DNA from: Neovahlkampfia damariscottae
Taxonomy: Eukaryota
Length of the DNA: 64,000 bases
Assembly: GCA_016618085.1 (NCBI GenBank)
Contig: JABLTG010000017.1
Span: 62,001 to 126,000, forward strand
Reading direction: 5' to 3'
Positions 13,101 to 27,111 of this stretch are shown here, piece after piece. The notes under the pieces are model-generated. The model ran no database searches, was not told where the DNA came from, and worked only from the letters and a program-made list of their open reading frames with translations. How positions within the stretch are numbered: the first letter of the stretch is position 1; each line of letters starts with the position of its first letter. The position numbers and the translations under genes were made by a program.

Positions 13101-16100
13101 CTAAATTTTGTTAGCGAGAAAAGAGATTAATATTGATCCATTTGCTGATGTAGTTGTGAAGAATACTGACATTCCTCACAGTTATAATATAACTCTGTCT
13201 GTGGATTATCCATTTTCCACTGGATTGATTTGTGAATATCAAACAACATCCGATGGAACAAAGACTTCTGCTGCAATTAAACTTGGAAATGATACTGTAT
13301 GCACAATTTCTCAATCAACATTCAATACTCAAACTGAAACTATCAAAGTCAAATTGAAAGTCCAAAATTCAAAATTTGACAGCAGAGCTCATATTTTAAG
13401 CAAAAATGTTGATGAATTTATATTTTTCAAAGGACCAATTATGTTTGATTCAACTGATAATATCATCAATTTTGAAACAATGAAAAATAAGACTTTCATC
13501 AATTCTACAATACCTACAGTTCCAAATAGAAAATATCAAATGAATTGTGAAGCTCAATATCCAGTTACTGAAGTTATTTCAAACATTAATGAATGCATGT
13601 TCAATCAAAATGAGAGACCTTATTGCTTAAATTTGACTTTACATCCAAATTATATTCCTGCGTTGTATAACTTCACTATTCAAGTTCAAAACACAAAGAC
13701 AAACAAATGGTTTTCTTTAAACATTCATCCAGTCACTTATTATGATGAAATTCCTTCTTTTAACAGAGTTATACCACATTTTTCATCTATAATTGATACT
13801 TACAAAAAGAAAAAGATTTACATTGCCAGATTGTCAAGACAACATAATGCAAAACAATTCAAATACTATTGCAAAGTGAATTATGGAGGAAATGATTATT
13901 TTGAATATGCAAGATTAGAACCAACAGAATTGGACATAGCTTGTGCAATTTCGAATGATTTGAAGCAAACAAGTATGAGTTTACAAATTTATTTTGAAAA
14001 TCTTTCAAACCAAAACAAAATTTTATTTTCATCGAATTCACAAGTAATTCAAAATTATAAAATAATGAAAATTGATAAAATGGTTGGGTTTTCAGATGGT
14101 TTTGTTGTTGGAACTGAATTTCCAATGAAGATACCTGAAAATCAAAGTGATTATTCATATTTGATGAAATTTGAATATGCAGGCTCATTGCACAATTTAG
14201 TTGATTGTATTCATGATACAAATTTCATGAATTGCACATTTCCAAAGATTGTTTTATTTTCAAATTCTGAAACACTTCAATTGGAATTGTATCTAAACTC
14301 AAGTGGAAAAGAAATTCAAGTATTTTCTTTGTCACCATTTATACAAATTAATAGTAAGTGAAGTTTTATTTTTCTAATGATTGAAAGATTTGCCAATAGT
14401 TGAAGATGTTTACCCTGGATCAATTGTAATTTTGGATAAATCACAATACGATATATTTTTTAAGAGTTCACAGTTCGTTGGTTTGCCTTCTGGTGAAAAT
14501 TATTCAATTCGTTATATTCATGATGATGGTTCTATTTTGCAAGAAAATTGCAAAATAATTAATGAAACCAACCTGTCATGCCCAAGTCCAAGATTTTCCG
14601 TAGATGGAAATATCACGACTTTATTAAGTGTAAATGGTATTGATTATCATGATTGGAAATTCAATTTGAGAGGAATTTCTATTTCCCTCATTGGAAATAG
14701 TTCTTTATCGATATCAACTTTTCAGGTTACTCAAACACCTTATTTCAATGTAACTCCAAATGCAGAAATCAAAAATATGTTCAAATATAATCTAAACAAA
14801 ACAGTTATTAGATTTTATGACGATTATTTGAATATTCAAATGAATATCAGGATCGTATTCAATTCAAATAACTCTGAAGATTGGTATTTTGTTGGAGAAG
14901 TTCCAACAATCTGGCAGTATAATGTTGATTTTCCAAGAAAGTTATCCGTTGATCTTTCATTTGATAGTGGAGTTCATTTTGTAGCAATATCAAATAACAA
15001 ATTAACGATTTCAGATTATTATGATAATGAAGCAACTTCAATGGTGTTGTCAACCAAATATCTTCCAATAGGATTGAGGGGAAGGATTCATATCGAAAAT
15101 AATCCATTTTATATTTTTGATACTAAAGTAATTCTTCAAGATGTGTGGAACAGCACAAATATTATTCATTGTCCTTTGAAATCAGATTTGAATATAAATG
15201 GATACTCATATCGTCCAGATGTTCCAATTACTGTAGGAAATTATTCTGTATCAATTATTGAACTTTCAACGAATTTACGAATTCCAACTTCATTTTCAAA
15301 TATTTTGACTTTCAATTTTCCAATGGATGGTTATGAGTATTTTTCATATCAATTCAAAAGAAATACATGGAATTATTTAATTCACAATCAAACACAATAC
15401 ACCAAAGGTGTTGACTTTTTGATTATCGACAAATATTCAAACAAAACTGGAAGTGATGCTTTTGAAATGAAAAGCGAAATCAAAATTATCAATGATACTC
15501 ATCTCAGCTTTAAACCTAATATTCCAGCCATCGAATTACTATCAAAATTTGAACTAGATTCAATTCGTTTTTGTTATGAACAAATAGAAAACTGTGTTGA
15601 TTTGTATTCACAAACTTCAGTTCTTTTTACTTTCAACAAAAAAATCAATATTATTGGAAATTATTCTATTGATAGTTGGCAAAATGATATTGGGAAAGAA
15701 GAAGCTTACACATTCAGAGAAACAAAATTCAAAGTGAAAATTAATGAAGCTCCTTCATTGTCTGTTATGGCTCAAGCAAAAATCAAAATATCTACTGTTT
15801 CTTTTGAATATATTTTCACACAACCAAATGTTACTTCAAATTCAACTTTGGAATTTTTTATTCCAACTTTCTCAACTATGACAAAAAAAACTGACTTCAA
15901 TTATCCATTGACAGCAACATTAGGAATTTCTTTTACTGATGGTTTGGAGTATGCAACAAAAGAACTTTATATTACTAACAAAGTGAAAGATGTGTTACTT
16001 TTTCAAATTATTCCTCATGTGATTCATCCAAATGTGCAAACATTAACTATTCAAGGAACAGGATTTACAAACAGTACTATATGTCAATATTCAAATGGTG

Positions 16101-18861
16101 AAACATCAATAGTAATTGGAAAATCAAATGGAGTATTTGATGGAGTCTCATTGCTTTGTACAACTCCAAAAATTGTAGACACAAAAATTGTTTCTCTTGC
16201 TTTAATTAATGAATTCAATGAAACTTCAAACATTCTCAATTTGACTATTCTTCCTGAACCAAGAATAGATTCATTCATACCTTCATCAGGTAAATCAGTT
16301 GGAAATCAATGGATTCAAGTTTTTGGATCATTTTCAAACTCTACAACCTATTGCAAGTTCAATGAATTTCCTTGTCCAAAATATTGTTTGTTTATTAGTT
16401 CAACCGAGTTGAGATGTCAAGTTCCATCTCATCCTGAAGGTAGTGCTCAATTGATCATTTCATATAATGACTATGCTCAAGAATTCAAGTCAAATAGTAG
16501 TTTTAATTTCATCCCTTGTGATATTGGTTACTCTGCAGAGAATTATTCAATGCCTTGTGAAAAATGTCCTAAAGGAACTTACAAATTAAAATCAGGACTT
16601 TTTGATTGCTTTCCTTGTGAAATTGGAACTTTTGTGAATTCAACAGGAGCAAAGATTTGTGATGCTTGTCCAATTCATTCAACAACAGCTGAAACTGGTG
16701 CTAAGTCTATCTACGGTTGTCATTGTGATAAAGGTTATTACAGAAATCCTGAAAATCATCTTGATTGTATTACTTGTCCAGAAGGTGCTATTTGTAATTT
16801 CAATACAACAATTCCAATAGCTAAAAAAGGACGTTGGTTTTCAAAAGAATTGAATAACTTCATTTATTATGAATGCTCTCCAGCTGATGCATGTCCAGGA
16901 GGTGGTGAAAAAAATTGTTCACTTGGTTATGATGAAACTTCTCAACTTTGTGCTCGTTGTTCGGATGGTTTTTTCAAAGAAAAAGCATTTTGTGTTCGTT
17001 GTGGAAATTTAATTGAAACATGGATTCAATTTGGAATTGCAGTTATTGTAATCATTGTTATTGTCATTGCAGTTGCAGCTTTATTCGTTGTGGCTTCTGT
17101 CAAAATTTCTCATATCGCATCCATCAGTATTGCGTTATCATTTTGGCAAATTATTTCGATCTTTAGTACTTTTGAAATTTCTTGGCCTTGGATTGTAGAT
17201 AAAACGTTAACAACTGCTTCATATTCAAATTTCAACTTTGGATTTCTATCACCAAAATGTTTGGTACCATTTTACAGATATGAAGTTGAATTCTTTTTAC
17301 AAATTTCTTTGCCAATTTTAATGCTTTTTGGAATTTTTGCTTTGTACATGCTTGGAACAACAAGGTCATTATTTGCATCCATCATTGGTAGAAGAGTTTG
17401 CTCAATGTTAAAGTTATCATACAAATCACCTTATAGTTTAGATGAAATAGAATTAGCAGAATCCAAAAAACAATCAACTTTGAAATTCAAAATTTTCAAT
17501 TTCTTAATATACATTTACAATGTGGTTTTATGGGTATTCAAAGATCCATTTACTTTGGCTCAAAATAGATTATTTATCTATCAATTGATGAATGCATATC
17601 TTTCATTTGTCAGTGTATTTTTCATCAGAATTATGACAACTTCATCACAAATCTTTGTTTGTACTCAACAACCAGATTTACGTTTTACACTTGATAAATC
17701 ACCTGATATATTTTGGTTTGATTTTTATTGGTTTAACTTTTTAGTTTTGAAAATGAGTGGTGGATTTTCTTTCCATTTTCAATTTTAACATACTTCTTAT
17801 TTGGATTGGGATCTTATTTGTATTATGGAATGATTGTAGCAAATTATAAAAAATTGAAAAATTACCAAGCTTTTGTTGAAATTAATAAATTCCAAATGCA
17901 GAAATATAAAAAGAATAGATTTTTCTGGGAGATTGTTGATTCGTAAATTTCATTCAAAATTCTAATTTTTACTAGAACAAAGAAAAGTTTATTGTCAGTC
18001 TTACAGATTTTCTTTGATCCAATGTTGTTAATTGCAACAAGTATTTTGGTTGTTTTTACCTCAACTTTACTTCATTTGCGTTTTGTTCCTTATAAAAGAA
18101 AATTCCAGTATTTTGATGAATTTTTCAACTAATCATTTTATTTTAGTAATATTATGGAATATTTTGTATTGGTTGCAACTTTAATATCATTAATGGCAGG
18201 ATTTTTATTCTTTGCTGATAAAATAGTTCCTTTCGATGCAGTGGCTAAATCAATTTTAGTAATTGGGACAATGATCATTATTATTGGAGCAAATATTTTC
18301 GTTGTTATTATGATTGGATATGATATTTTCGTACGTAGAAAAAAAGAACGAAAAAGAGCAAAAAATAAAAGAAGAGAAAGAGAACAAATCAGAAGAAAAC
18401 AACGAAGAAAACGAGAATATGAAGAAAGACATGGATTGGTGAATATTTCTAACAACAAACTGGATTCACAGAATGAGTATGATTTCAGGATTCTTGATGA
18501 TCCATCAGAATCTGATGAAGATAACTTAACGACGATTAATGCAATTTTCGATGATTTGATTTCAATTGACAGAGTGAAGAAGAAGATTGAACTAATTAGA
18601 AGAAGAGGAAGAAAATATACTGTGAAAATTGTCAAAGGAGCAGATAAAATTGCAACTAGAGCATCAAATTCAAATTTAAAAAGATTATCAACTTTGATTG
18701 ATGTTGAGAAATTAGAAAGTGAAATGACAAAAGAAGAACGAAATCTTGAAGAAAAAAAATCACATTTTTCAAAAGTCAAGAAGCTCATTGTTGTTCAAAA
18801 CAAAATAAATGCACAATCAGAAGAATCTGTAGAAGTTGCAAAAGATGTTGAGTCTGAATAA
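4168..18861 (+). CDS. Giant (~4,700 aa) multidomain surface receptor: signal peptide, RCC1 repeats, two LamG/pentraxin-like domains, EGF repeats, LRR-like part, CBM-like domain, many Ig/IPT-TIG-like domains, Cys-rich GCC2/GCC3-like repeats, multi-TM C-terminus, charged tail
   Basis: Starts MKILTIVLLITTFFNFCTSDVITWGYGANGRLG. Motifs: RCC1 (CGNTH, WGDNGNSGLG), LamG (FSVAFWFKT, GEIDEFKLF), EGF (CNGKGYCVDSKCICNKGYSGNNC), TIG (PRIDSFIPSSG), CPKGTYK/CEIGTF repeats, and TM-region SPDIFCFENEW, RFFWEIV, PYKRKFHNIME. The ORF gaps inspected are ~30-nt GT-AG introns. Confidence 0.8.
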
Positions 18862-18876
18862 ATGTCCAATAGAATT

Positions 18877-20701
18877 TTAGTTCAATTTTATTTCAGTCAT
18901 TTCTTCTTTGGTAATTGGTATTTCTTCAACACCAACTTGTTCCTTTTTTTCAGAATCTTCTGTTTCTTCTTTTGTGTCACGATCAATAATATCATCAACT
19001 ATTGTCTCTGAATCAATATTTTCCATTTGAATTTCAGTTTTTTCATCTTTGTTTTGATCTTTTGATGAAGGAGCTTCTATTGAATCCACTAAATTCATTC
19101 CTTTTGTTTCATAAGGTAACAAAAGAGCTACAACTGTAGAAGCAAAGCAAATTAATGAGTAACAGACCATTGGGATGTATGGACTGATTTCGGAAAGTAA
19201 ATTTGAAAAAAAAGGTGTTGCCATTCCTCCTAATCTTGAAACAGATCCACAACTTCCCAAACCAATAGATCTAATTATCGTTGGGTACATTTCAGGTGTA
19301 TAAGCGTATATCGCAGCAAAAGCTCCAAAAACAGCACCTCTTGCAATTACAGCAAATGAAAATATGAAATATTCATTCAAAGGTATCAAAATCAGAGCTA
19401 AAAATAAACCAGTGAGAAAGAACAAAACTGCTTGAGTTTTCTTTCGTCCAATAAGATTGATTAAGGTTGCAGCTATTTCATAGCAATTAGAATTATATTA
19501 TTTGGTTTACCAAGTATCATTCCAGGTATTTCTGCTAATGCAGAGATCAAAGATTCTAAATATACATTGACGTTGTGTCTTTTGAAAAATTCAGGCATTA
19601 AAATAACAACACCATAATACGAAAAGGAAATTGAAAACCATTGAAAAAATAATAATATCGTACTCAACCAATAAGCTTTTGAAAATAACATAAAAAAGTT
19701 TCCTTTCTGTTGATTGGTCTTTTCGTCTTTGATTTCAAATGTTTCAGGAAGTGATTTACAGTTCAATTTGTATATATATTTGATTACATTTTTTGCTTCT
19801 TCCTTTTTACCGCTGATCATCAGATATCTATCAAAAAAATTAACCAATAATTATGTTCTGACCTTGGTGACTCTGGAATGAAAGGAAAAGCCAATAAAGT
19901 GATAATAGCTGGTAAAGCTGAAAAAGCAATTAAAAATCTGAATCCAAAATCACCAAAAATATGTTTCATTGTTAAAAGAATCCAAGCAGCAATTGATTCA
20001 GAAACAGTTCCAAAAAACCAAAACGTGTTGAATAGAACCACTAAATTCAAAAGTCAAAAATATAGAACTGTTGTCTTACTAATTATTCCTCTTACTCTGG
20101 TATCTAAAAATTCAGAACAAAAAGAAAAAGCTCATTGTTAAAAAAGCAAATTTTTTTACCAATATGTCCTCCTGAGACACCAAATCCAACAAATCCACGT
20201 GACAATACTAAAGTCCAAAAATTTGGACACAGAGCGCTGATGATTCCAAAACTTTTTTATGTGAGAAAAATATTGATTTACGCAGCTGTTATTACAATGG
20301 ACCATAATAATGCAATTTTTCTGCCAAATCTATCACTTGCAAAACCCCAAAAGAAAGCTCCGAAAAACATACCAGTAAAAACAACGGAGTTTAGAATCGC
20401 TTTATGATAATTTTCCAAATTCCAATATTGAGTTATTGAAGGACCTAGAAATGATAGTAACATGATCTCAGTCGCATCAGCAGTGCCCCATGATAGACCA
20501 CAGATTATGAACATGAAAATTTGAAAAAATCCAAAGCCACCTTCTGAAATCAACTTTGAAAAAAAAATGTTAATTGAAATTCATGTTTACAGTGGCAATC
20601 GTTTTTGTATTTTCTTCTTGTACATTTTCTTTATTTTGATTTGAAATTGCTTTCTCAGGCGGTGAGTAAATATAATTGACAACCCGTTGTAAAATGTTCA
20701 T
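18877..20701 (-). CDS. MFS transporter, SV2/SVOP-like
   Basis: GFGFFQ, DATEIMLLSFL, SDRFGRK, PESPR and YAYTPEMYPTIIRSIGLG...SRLGGM motifs; several short introns. Confidence 0.9.
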
Positions 20702-20871
20702 TTTGTTTTGTTCAATTAAGACATCAATTTGATTGGATAAATAGCCGATGGAAGAAAATGTAAAAAATTTTAGAACCTCATTTCAATATCAATGAAACCT
20801 CGAAGAATTTTGTTCAGACTCTGCTCTTAAAACAACCAATCAAACAACACCAAATTCAAAACTCCGCCTTG

Positions 20872-23223
20872 ATGAGCTTTGAAAAAATACAAGAATTCAT
20901 GGCCATTACAGGTTCAAATCAATTAGAGTCAATGAATTTCTTACATGATGCCAATGATGATCTTGACTATGCGCTCAACACATACTTTGAAAACCCAGAA
21001 AAATTTTCAACACAAAAAAACATACCAATAACATTAGAAACAGAACATGATGAAGAGATAAATTATTACAAAATTGATGAATTAACAACCAAAAACTCAT
21101 CAGAAACAAAAAAAAATTTGGAAGAAAACTACTCTTTGATTAATGGTGAAATATTTGAATATTTGCAAGAAAAAACAAATTTAGATTATTCAGAAAATGT
21201 AATGAAATGTCAAACTAAAGAAAATTTATATTTGCTTTGGAAAAAACTTGATTTCACTAAAGGAAACCAAAATTATGCTTTTTATCCTTCAACAATATTT
21301 ATTTTTCAACATCAAAGAAATATTTGTTTATTTGGGTACTATGAAGGAAAAGAAACTTTTTCTGTTTCAAATCAATTCATTGAACCTTGTTTGTTGAATG
21401 TTAAAAATTTAGAAAAATTTGATTTTGAATTGATGAAGGTTAATTTTGTCGGTGACGAACTTATTTGGAAATTTACAAGTTCTATTAGATTGATGTTTTC
21501 ATATAATAATAATATTTATTCGTTTAATTCAATACGCTTGGATAATAAAGAAGCATTCAAGGTATTTCAATACTACAATGGCAATTGGTATCTGATGTGT
21601 TTTAAAGAAGAAAAAAGTGAAATTTTGGAAGCAGAAGATGTTATTGGAGTTGTTCAAGTTGATTCTAAAATATTTGTTTTTTTTACTACTCCAAAAGATA
21701 TTGAAAAATTGGAACTTCAAATTTTTGATTTACAAAACTTAGAGATACAACACCCCTCTATGGAATTCATTGTTGAAATACCAGAAATCAGAAATGGATC
21801 AACTTTTTGTTATTATGATACACATATTTACATGTTTGGTGGAGATGGATATCCAGATTTTTCAAATGATATTTTCCAATTTTCATTGGAAGATTTAACT
21901 TGGAAAATAGTGGAGATTAAGAATCAAATAAAACCAAAACCAAGAGGATTTCATTCTTCTTTTGTTTATAATGATTCTATGTTTATTTTTGGTGGGAAGA
22001 AGAAAGCAAAATATGAATTTCAAGAGCATGAGTTACTGAATGATCTTTATGAATTTGATTTCAAAACTTCAACTTGGAAATATATCACTATCAATGGATT
22101 TCAAATAAATGGAAGGTACGAAAGTCAATTATATATTGAAAATGATGTGCTGTATGTGCTGGGAGGAAAATGTAATTCGTCGAATTTAGGAGAGATATAT
22201 TCTGTGAAATTGTCCAATGAAAATCCAATTTCCTCTTTTTTGATAAATGAAAAATTACATCGAGATCTTGAAATAGTTTTAAAAGATGGTGTTTTGAAAT
22301 TTCATAAATTTATTTTATTCAGATTTCACATTTTCAGAGTCAAACAAAGGTTTGAAGAAATTTCAAAAAAAACTTTTTTAAAGATCACTCATTTTATTTA
22401 TGGAAATGAAATAGAATTCGAAAATATTGAAGAATTAATTGACATTGTAAAATGTTCATATATCCTTGAAATGGTTGAATTGGAAAAATATTGCTGTTTG
22501 AAATCTATTGGTTTTGTTAAAAAATGGGAAATCAAAAAATTGAATTATTTCCCAGAATTGAAAAATGTACAATTATTACTTTTATTGAATTCAGAGAATG
22601 ACAAATTGGATGAACAATTCAATCAATTTTCAACTGAATTTTTGGAATCAAATATTTTTGAATTCAAGAATTCTATCTCGTGCTCTTTTAGAGAACACAT
22701 TCAAAATTTACATAAAAAAAAGATTAATTTTGATTTAGAAATAATATCTTTAGAGAACCAAAAATTCTATGCTCATAAATCATTACTTTTGTATTACTCT
22801 AAATTGTTTGAAAATGAACACCAAATACACAAAAAATTTGAAGGGAAAATTTTGAAAATTTTGATCAATGAAATTTATCAACAGGAAAATGAAGTTAATA
22901 TTGATATAATAGATATCCTTAAATTCCTTCTATTGTTGAAAAAATTGGATATTCAACATTTTAAAGGCAAATTCATTGGACAATTGAAATCACAAATTTC
23001 AATCACAAATTTGAATTTAGTTTTAAAAATGAATGAAGAATTATTAATTCAAGACATAAACGAACAATGTCAAAGAGTTTTTTCTGAATATTCAAACAGT
23101 TTTCCATTTGCAAATTTAAGATTGAAAAATTATGAACTCCAAAAAAAAATTTATTCAATACAACTCCAAATTCAAATAATAAACCAAACTCAAATCGAAT
23201 TGAAATCCCTTTTGAATGAATAG
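20872..23223 (+). CDS. UBA-like + Kelch repeats + two BTB-like domains + coiled coil (LZTR1-like architecture)
   Basis: UBA-like N-terminus (IQEFMAITGS...LDYALNTYF); Kelch motifs (IYMFGGDG, PRGFHSS, MFIFGGK); BTB-like motifs (FHKFIL, FYAHKSLL); heptad C-terminus. Confidence 0.8.
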   Translation: MSFEKIQEFMAITGSNQLESMNFLHDANDDLDYALNTYFENPEKFSTQKNIPITLETEHDEEINYYKIDELTTKNSSETKKNLEENYSLINGEIFEYLQEKTNLDYSENVMKCQTKENLYLLWKKLDFTKGNQNYAFYPSTIFIFQHQRNICLFGYYEGKETFSVSNQFIEPCLLNVKNLEKFDFELMKVNFVGDELIWKFTSSIRLMFSYNNNIYSFNSIRLDNKEAFKVFQYYNGNWYLMCFKEEKSEILEAEDVIGVVQVDSKIFVFFTTPKDIEKLELQIFDLQNLEIQHPSMEFIVEIPEIRNGSTFCYYDTHIYMFGGDGYPDFSNDIFQFSLEDLTWKIVEIKNQIKPKPRGFHSSFVYNDSMFIFGGKKKAKYEFQEHELLNDLYEFDFKTSTWKYITINGFQINGRYESQLYIENDVLYVLGGKCNSSNLGEIYSVKLSNENPISSFLINEKLHRDLEIVLKDGVLKFHKFILFRFHIFRVKQRFEEISKKTFLKITHFIYGNEIEFENIEELIDIVKCSYILEMVELEKYCCLKSIGFVKKWEIKKLNYFPELKNVQLLLLLNSENDKLDEQFNQFSTEFLESNIFEFKNSISCSFREHIQNLHKKKINFDLEIISLENQKFYAHKSLLLYYSKLFENEHQIHKKFEGKILKILINEIYQQENEVNIDIIDILKFLLLLKKLDIQHFKGKFIGQLKSQISITNLNLVLKMNEELLIQDINEQCQRVFSEYSNSFPFANLRLKNYELQKKIYSIQLQIQIINQTQIELKSLLNE

Positions 23224-23398
23224 TGGAATGAGGATATTTTGTTTCAGTTTGATGTCTCAAATTTGAATATTAAAAATCCTTCAGTCCATGAATTTTAGAT
23301 TTTGAAGTAATGAATAAAAACTTTAACAAATTTGAACCATTTTGTTTTTTTTTTGTGAAAAGCACAAAAAATTCAACCAATCATCTCTAGCCACTAAA

Positions 23399-24771
23399 AT
23401 GTCCACACCAAAATTACCTAACGTCAACATTAACAACAAAAGTCCAGTACCAAAGTTATCCGCAACTCAATCACCAAGAGTAAAAAAAAAACCTGTCAAA
23501 GTTATAATTTTAGCTGGTGGACCTTCAAAAGGTAAAAAACAAAAAAAAAAAAAAATTAAATTTTTAGGAACAAGATTTAGACCTCTTTCATTTGAAACAC
23601 CAAAACCATTTTTTCCAATAGGTGGTAAAGAAATGATTGCGCATCATATTGAAGCAGCTTTCAAAATAAATTCAGAATCAGACGAGTTTTATTTATCAGA
23701 TATTTTTATAACTGGATTTTTCAAAAAAGAAGTTTTCAAACCATTCTGTGATAATTATTTCAAACAATATGATTTTGAAATTAAATATTTAGAAGAAAAA
23801 GAACAATCAGGAACAGCAGGAGGAATTGCTTCTTTTGAACAAGTTATATTAGCAGACCAATCAACACAAGATGCAGATATTTTAATCATGAATGCTGATT
23901 TATGTTCAAGTTTTCCTTTAATTTCATTATTAAAATCACATGAACTCAACAAACGAAAAGGTGCTCTTTGTACATTGTTATCAACCAATGTATCAAATGA
24001 AGAATCAATTCAATATGGAAATTTAGTTTTAAAAGATACAAAAGTAGTACATTATGTTGAAAAACCAACTACTTTTGTGAATAATGCAATCAATTGTGGA
24101 ATTTATGTTTTTGATCATTCCATTCTCAAACAATTATCAGCTTATTCATCAAAGAAACAAGATTCACATTTAAGTATTGAACATGATATTTTTATACCTC
24201 TTGTTGAAAAAAAAGCACTTTATTCTTTTCAATTGAATGAAAAAGATTTTTGGTTTCCAATCAAAACTGCTTCTGATGCTCTTTTAGCTTCACATTTATA
24301 TTTAACTCATAAGAATACAAAGATCCCAAAACAATCATTCAAATTTACAGTCACAGGAGAAAATTCAATTTCATCAACTGCTAAAATTGATCATAGTGCA
24401 AAAATTGGTCCAAATGTGGTCATTGGAAAAAATGTAATAATTGGAAAGGGTGTTAGAATATCAAATTCAATTATTCTTGATAATGCAATTATTCGTGTAA
24501 GTTTTAATTTCTTCGTTTTGATTATTTTTAGGATTTTACTTTTGTCACACGTTCAATCATTGGATGGAGAAGTGAAATTGGAAAATGGACAAGAGTTGAA
24601 GGATCTCCAGTTTCATCAACTGTAACACATTCTGTACCGACTGAAAATGAACCAAAAATTACAATTGTTGGCCATGATGTTACAATTGGAAATGAAGTTG
24701 TTATTAGAGACTCAATTGTGTTACCAAACAAACAATTATCACAAGATTTTTCAAATCGTATTATTTTATAA
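23399..24771 (+). CDS. GMPPA: Mannose-1-phosphate guanylyltransferase alpha-like
   Basis: ILAGGPSK|GTRFRPLSFETPKPFFPIGG, GTAGG, NADLC, HYVEKP and INCGIYVF, then a hexapeptide beta-helix (AKIGPNVVIG). Two introns; ends RIIL*. Confidence 0.9.
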
Positions 24772-24852
24772 ATAAATTCTTTTCATTTACCATCACAAAA
24801 TGAAACCACCAATAAATTTGTTTCAAATTTTGATTGGCTTCTAAAACTTGTC

Positions 24853-25835
24853 ATGTGGAAGAACGAAGTTGACCAAGAATATGAAAGTCTTCGGTTAGCT
24901 TTAAAGTGGTCTCAACTACCACTGGCCATTATTTATTTCATATTTTTATGTATTATGATTTTTTTATTTTGCCTTACACAAATAAGAAAAAAATTTCAAA
25001 CCAAATTCTCGAGCACCTTTTTTTTAATCTGTTTATTTGGATATTCAACTTTTAGGTTGTTATATTTCTTAATGTCAATTACAGAATTCGGTCAAACAAC
25101 AATCGTAATTTCAATGATTTCTTATGACCTTGGAAGTTCTTCATTTTATGTTGCTTTTTTGATATTTATGTTATACTGGTAAGAAAAAAAAATACAAATA
25201 ATTTGATTTAAAGGCATGAATTGACTTTTTTTAGGATAGGTATCATTGCTAAAGATGCTGTTTCTCTTACATCAAATTATAGAATTGTTGTCATTGTTTT
25301 TTCAATTATACTTGGTATATTTCAATTGATTATCTGTTCTTTGAAACTTATTTTTTTTTTAATAAGTGGTGATTTGTATTCTGAACAAATGAAAGTGATG
25401 ATTGCTACTCAAGTTTTTTTTTTTTAATTTTTTTTAATTTTTATAAAGTCTGGATTTCATGCTATTGCATGTTTATCCATTGCTATCATCAGTCTTCGAA
25501 TTTTAATCAAAGCTTATCGTAGAGAGTCTCAAGTGAAACAATTTCAAACTAAAATGACATTTGTTTTGATTTTAATGATTTGGCTTGGAATTTGTTTAAG
25601 AGGTGTTTCAAATATTGTATTAGCATTTTTAGAAATTTTGGGATATTTGCATCATCAAGATGTTCCAACTTTAATTGTGAATATTTTTTTTCCAATTCTA
25701 TTTGATTGGATTCCAATGATGGTAATGGGAATAATTGCATTAACACAGGATAATCCAACAAATTCTGATGCCAGACATTCAGAAATTCAAAGAGTTCTTG
25801 GAACTACTCATGGAGAAAGTAATTTATGTTGTTGA
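24853..25835 (+). CDS. Multi-pass membrane protein (possibly THH1/TOM1/GPR137-like), paralogue 1
   Basis: Three hydrophobic ORF pieces joined by introns. Shares intron positions and the FPILFDW motif with the next gene. Confidence 0.65.
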
Positions 25836-26015
25836 ACTACATGTGAATTGTAAAATTAAATTTGTCAATAAAAAGTTTTTATTGAAAATTGAACCAATTC
25901 TTTGGAAATCTTTGAGTCAATTCTGATCGTTACTTTCCAAAAAGATTCCAAAACATTTTGATTGGATAAAACAATAGAACTTCAACTCGTCAATTCCATT
26001 AACTTTCACAACTTG

Positions 26016-27047
26016 ATGATCAGAACAACATTTGTTCCTGTTTGGTTATACTTTGCTCACATAACAGTAGCTTTATTATGCTTTGCTTATTTTGTGGTGA
26101 TGATGGTGTTATATTTTGGACAAAAAGCAAAATTTGGATTTTTCAAAAAACATTTTTCAAGCTCCTTATTCACAGGATCTTTATTATTATACCCTTTACT
26201 TAATGCTTCATATTTTGTACTTTCAATTATTCCAGTTCAATTTATCCAAATTGTTGCATCTGTTTCTAACAATTTTGGAGCAACCACTTTCACAATTTCC
26301 ATCATGTGTTTCATGATTTACTGGTAATATTTTTCTTACTTATTGTTCAGGATGGAATTTAAACTGTTCAATGGAGGTGCAAGTTCAAAAAATATTCATG
26401 AAAGAACAAATTTTTCTAAATATCTCGTCAGGGTTTTTTTGATACTTGTTTGTGTTGCACAGATTTTATTGACTTCTTTAAAAATTGTCATGTATATTGT
26501 ACCAAACGAACAAACTTTTGTACTTTCAGGACTTCAAGTTTGAAAAAAAAATATTCTGAACAATTTCACAGTCACTCTTGTTGTCGCTATCCTATTTTTG
26601 TATTTTGGGCTTAAGTTCTTTTGTTATGATTATGGGTGGTTGTGATAGAAGGGCAAATGAATGGGAAAACGGAAGAGTTAAATCAACCACTACTATTGCA
26701 ATTATTGTTTTGTTTTGGATTTTCACATTTCTACGTTCAGTATTACATTTTGGAATTGCTTTTTTGTACTTTTTTAATTTATTTGAGGATCAATTGGCTT
26801 TTGATATCTTTCACATTGCTTTTCCAATTCTCTTTGATTGGGCTGCAATGTTGTTCATGGGAGTAGTTGTAATTATTCAAGAATATCCAACAAAAAAAAA
26901 TATTGAAGATGAAACAATTGTTAATTTGAAAAAAGACGACAGAGAAGAGAACATGACTTTAGGTTACTTTTGCTATTAAAAATTTTTTTCTTTAATTAAG
27001 GGAAACAGACTGATGATCCGTTTGTAATTTTGTTGAATCTACATTGA
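26016..27047 (+). CDS. Multi-pass membrane protein, paralogue 2; 3' end at 26979 or 27047 depending on a last intron
   Basis: FSSSLF/FSSTFF, FMIYW/FMLYW at the exon end, and FPILFDW are shared with 24853-25835. Confidence 0.65.
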
Positions 27048-27111
27048 TATTTTCTAAAATTCAGGTGACAACAGATAAACAAGTTGATTGGTCACTTCCA
27101 AAATAATCTCA

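Noticed and set aside
18138..18788. 216-aa minus-strand ORF and many other short antisense or alternate-frame ORFs
   Set aside because: They overlap well-supported genes on the other strand or frame and show no motifs.
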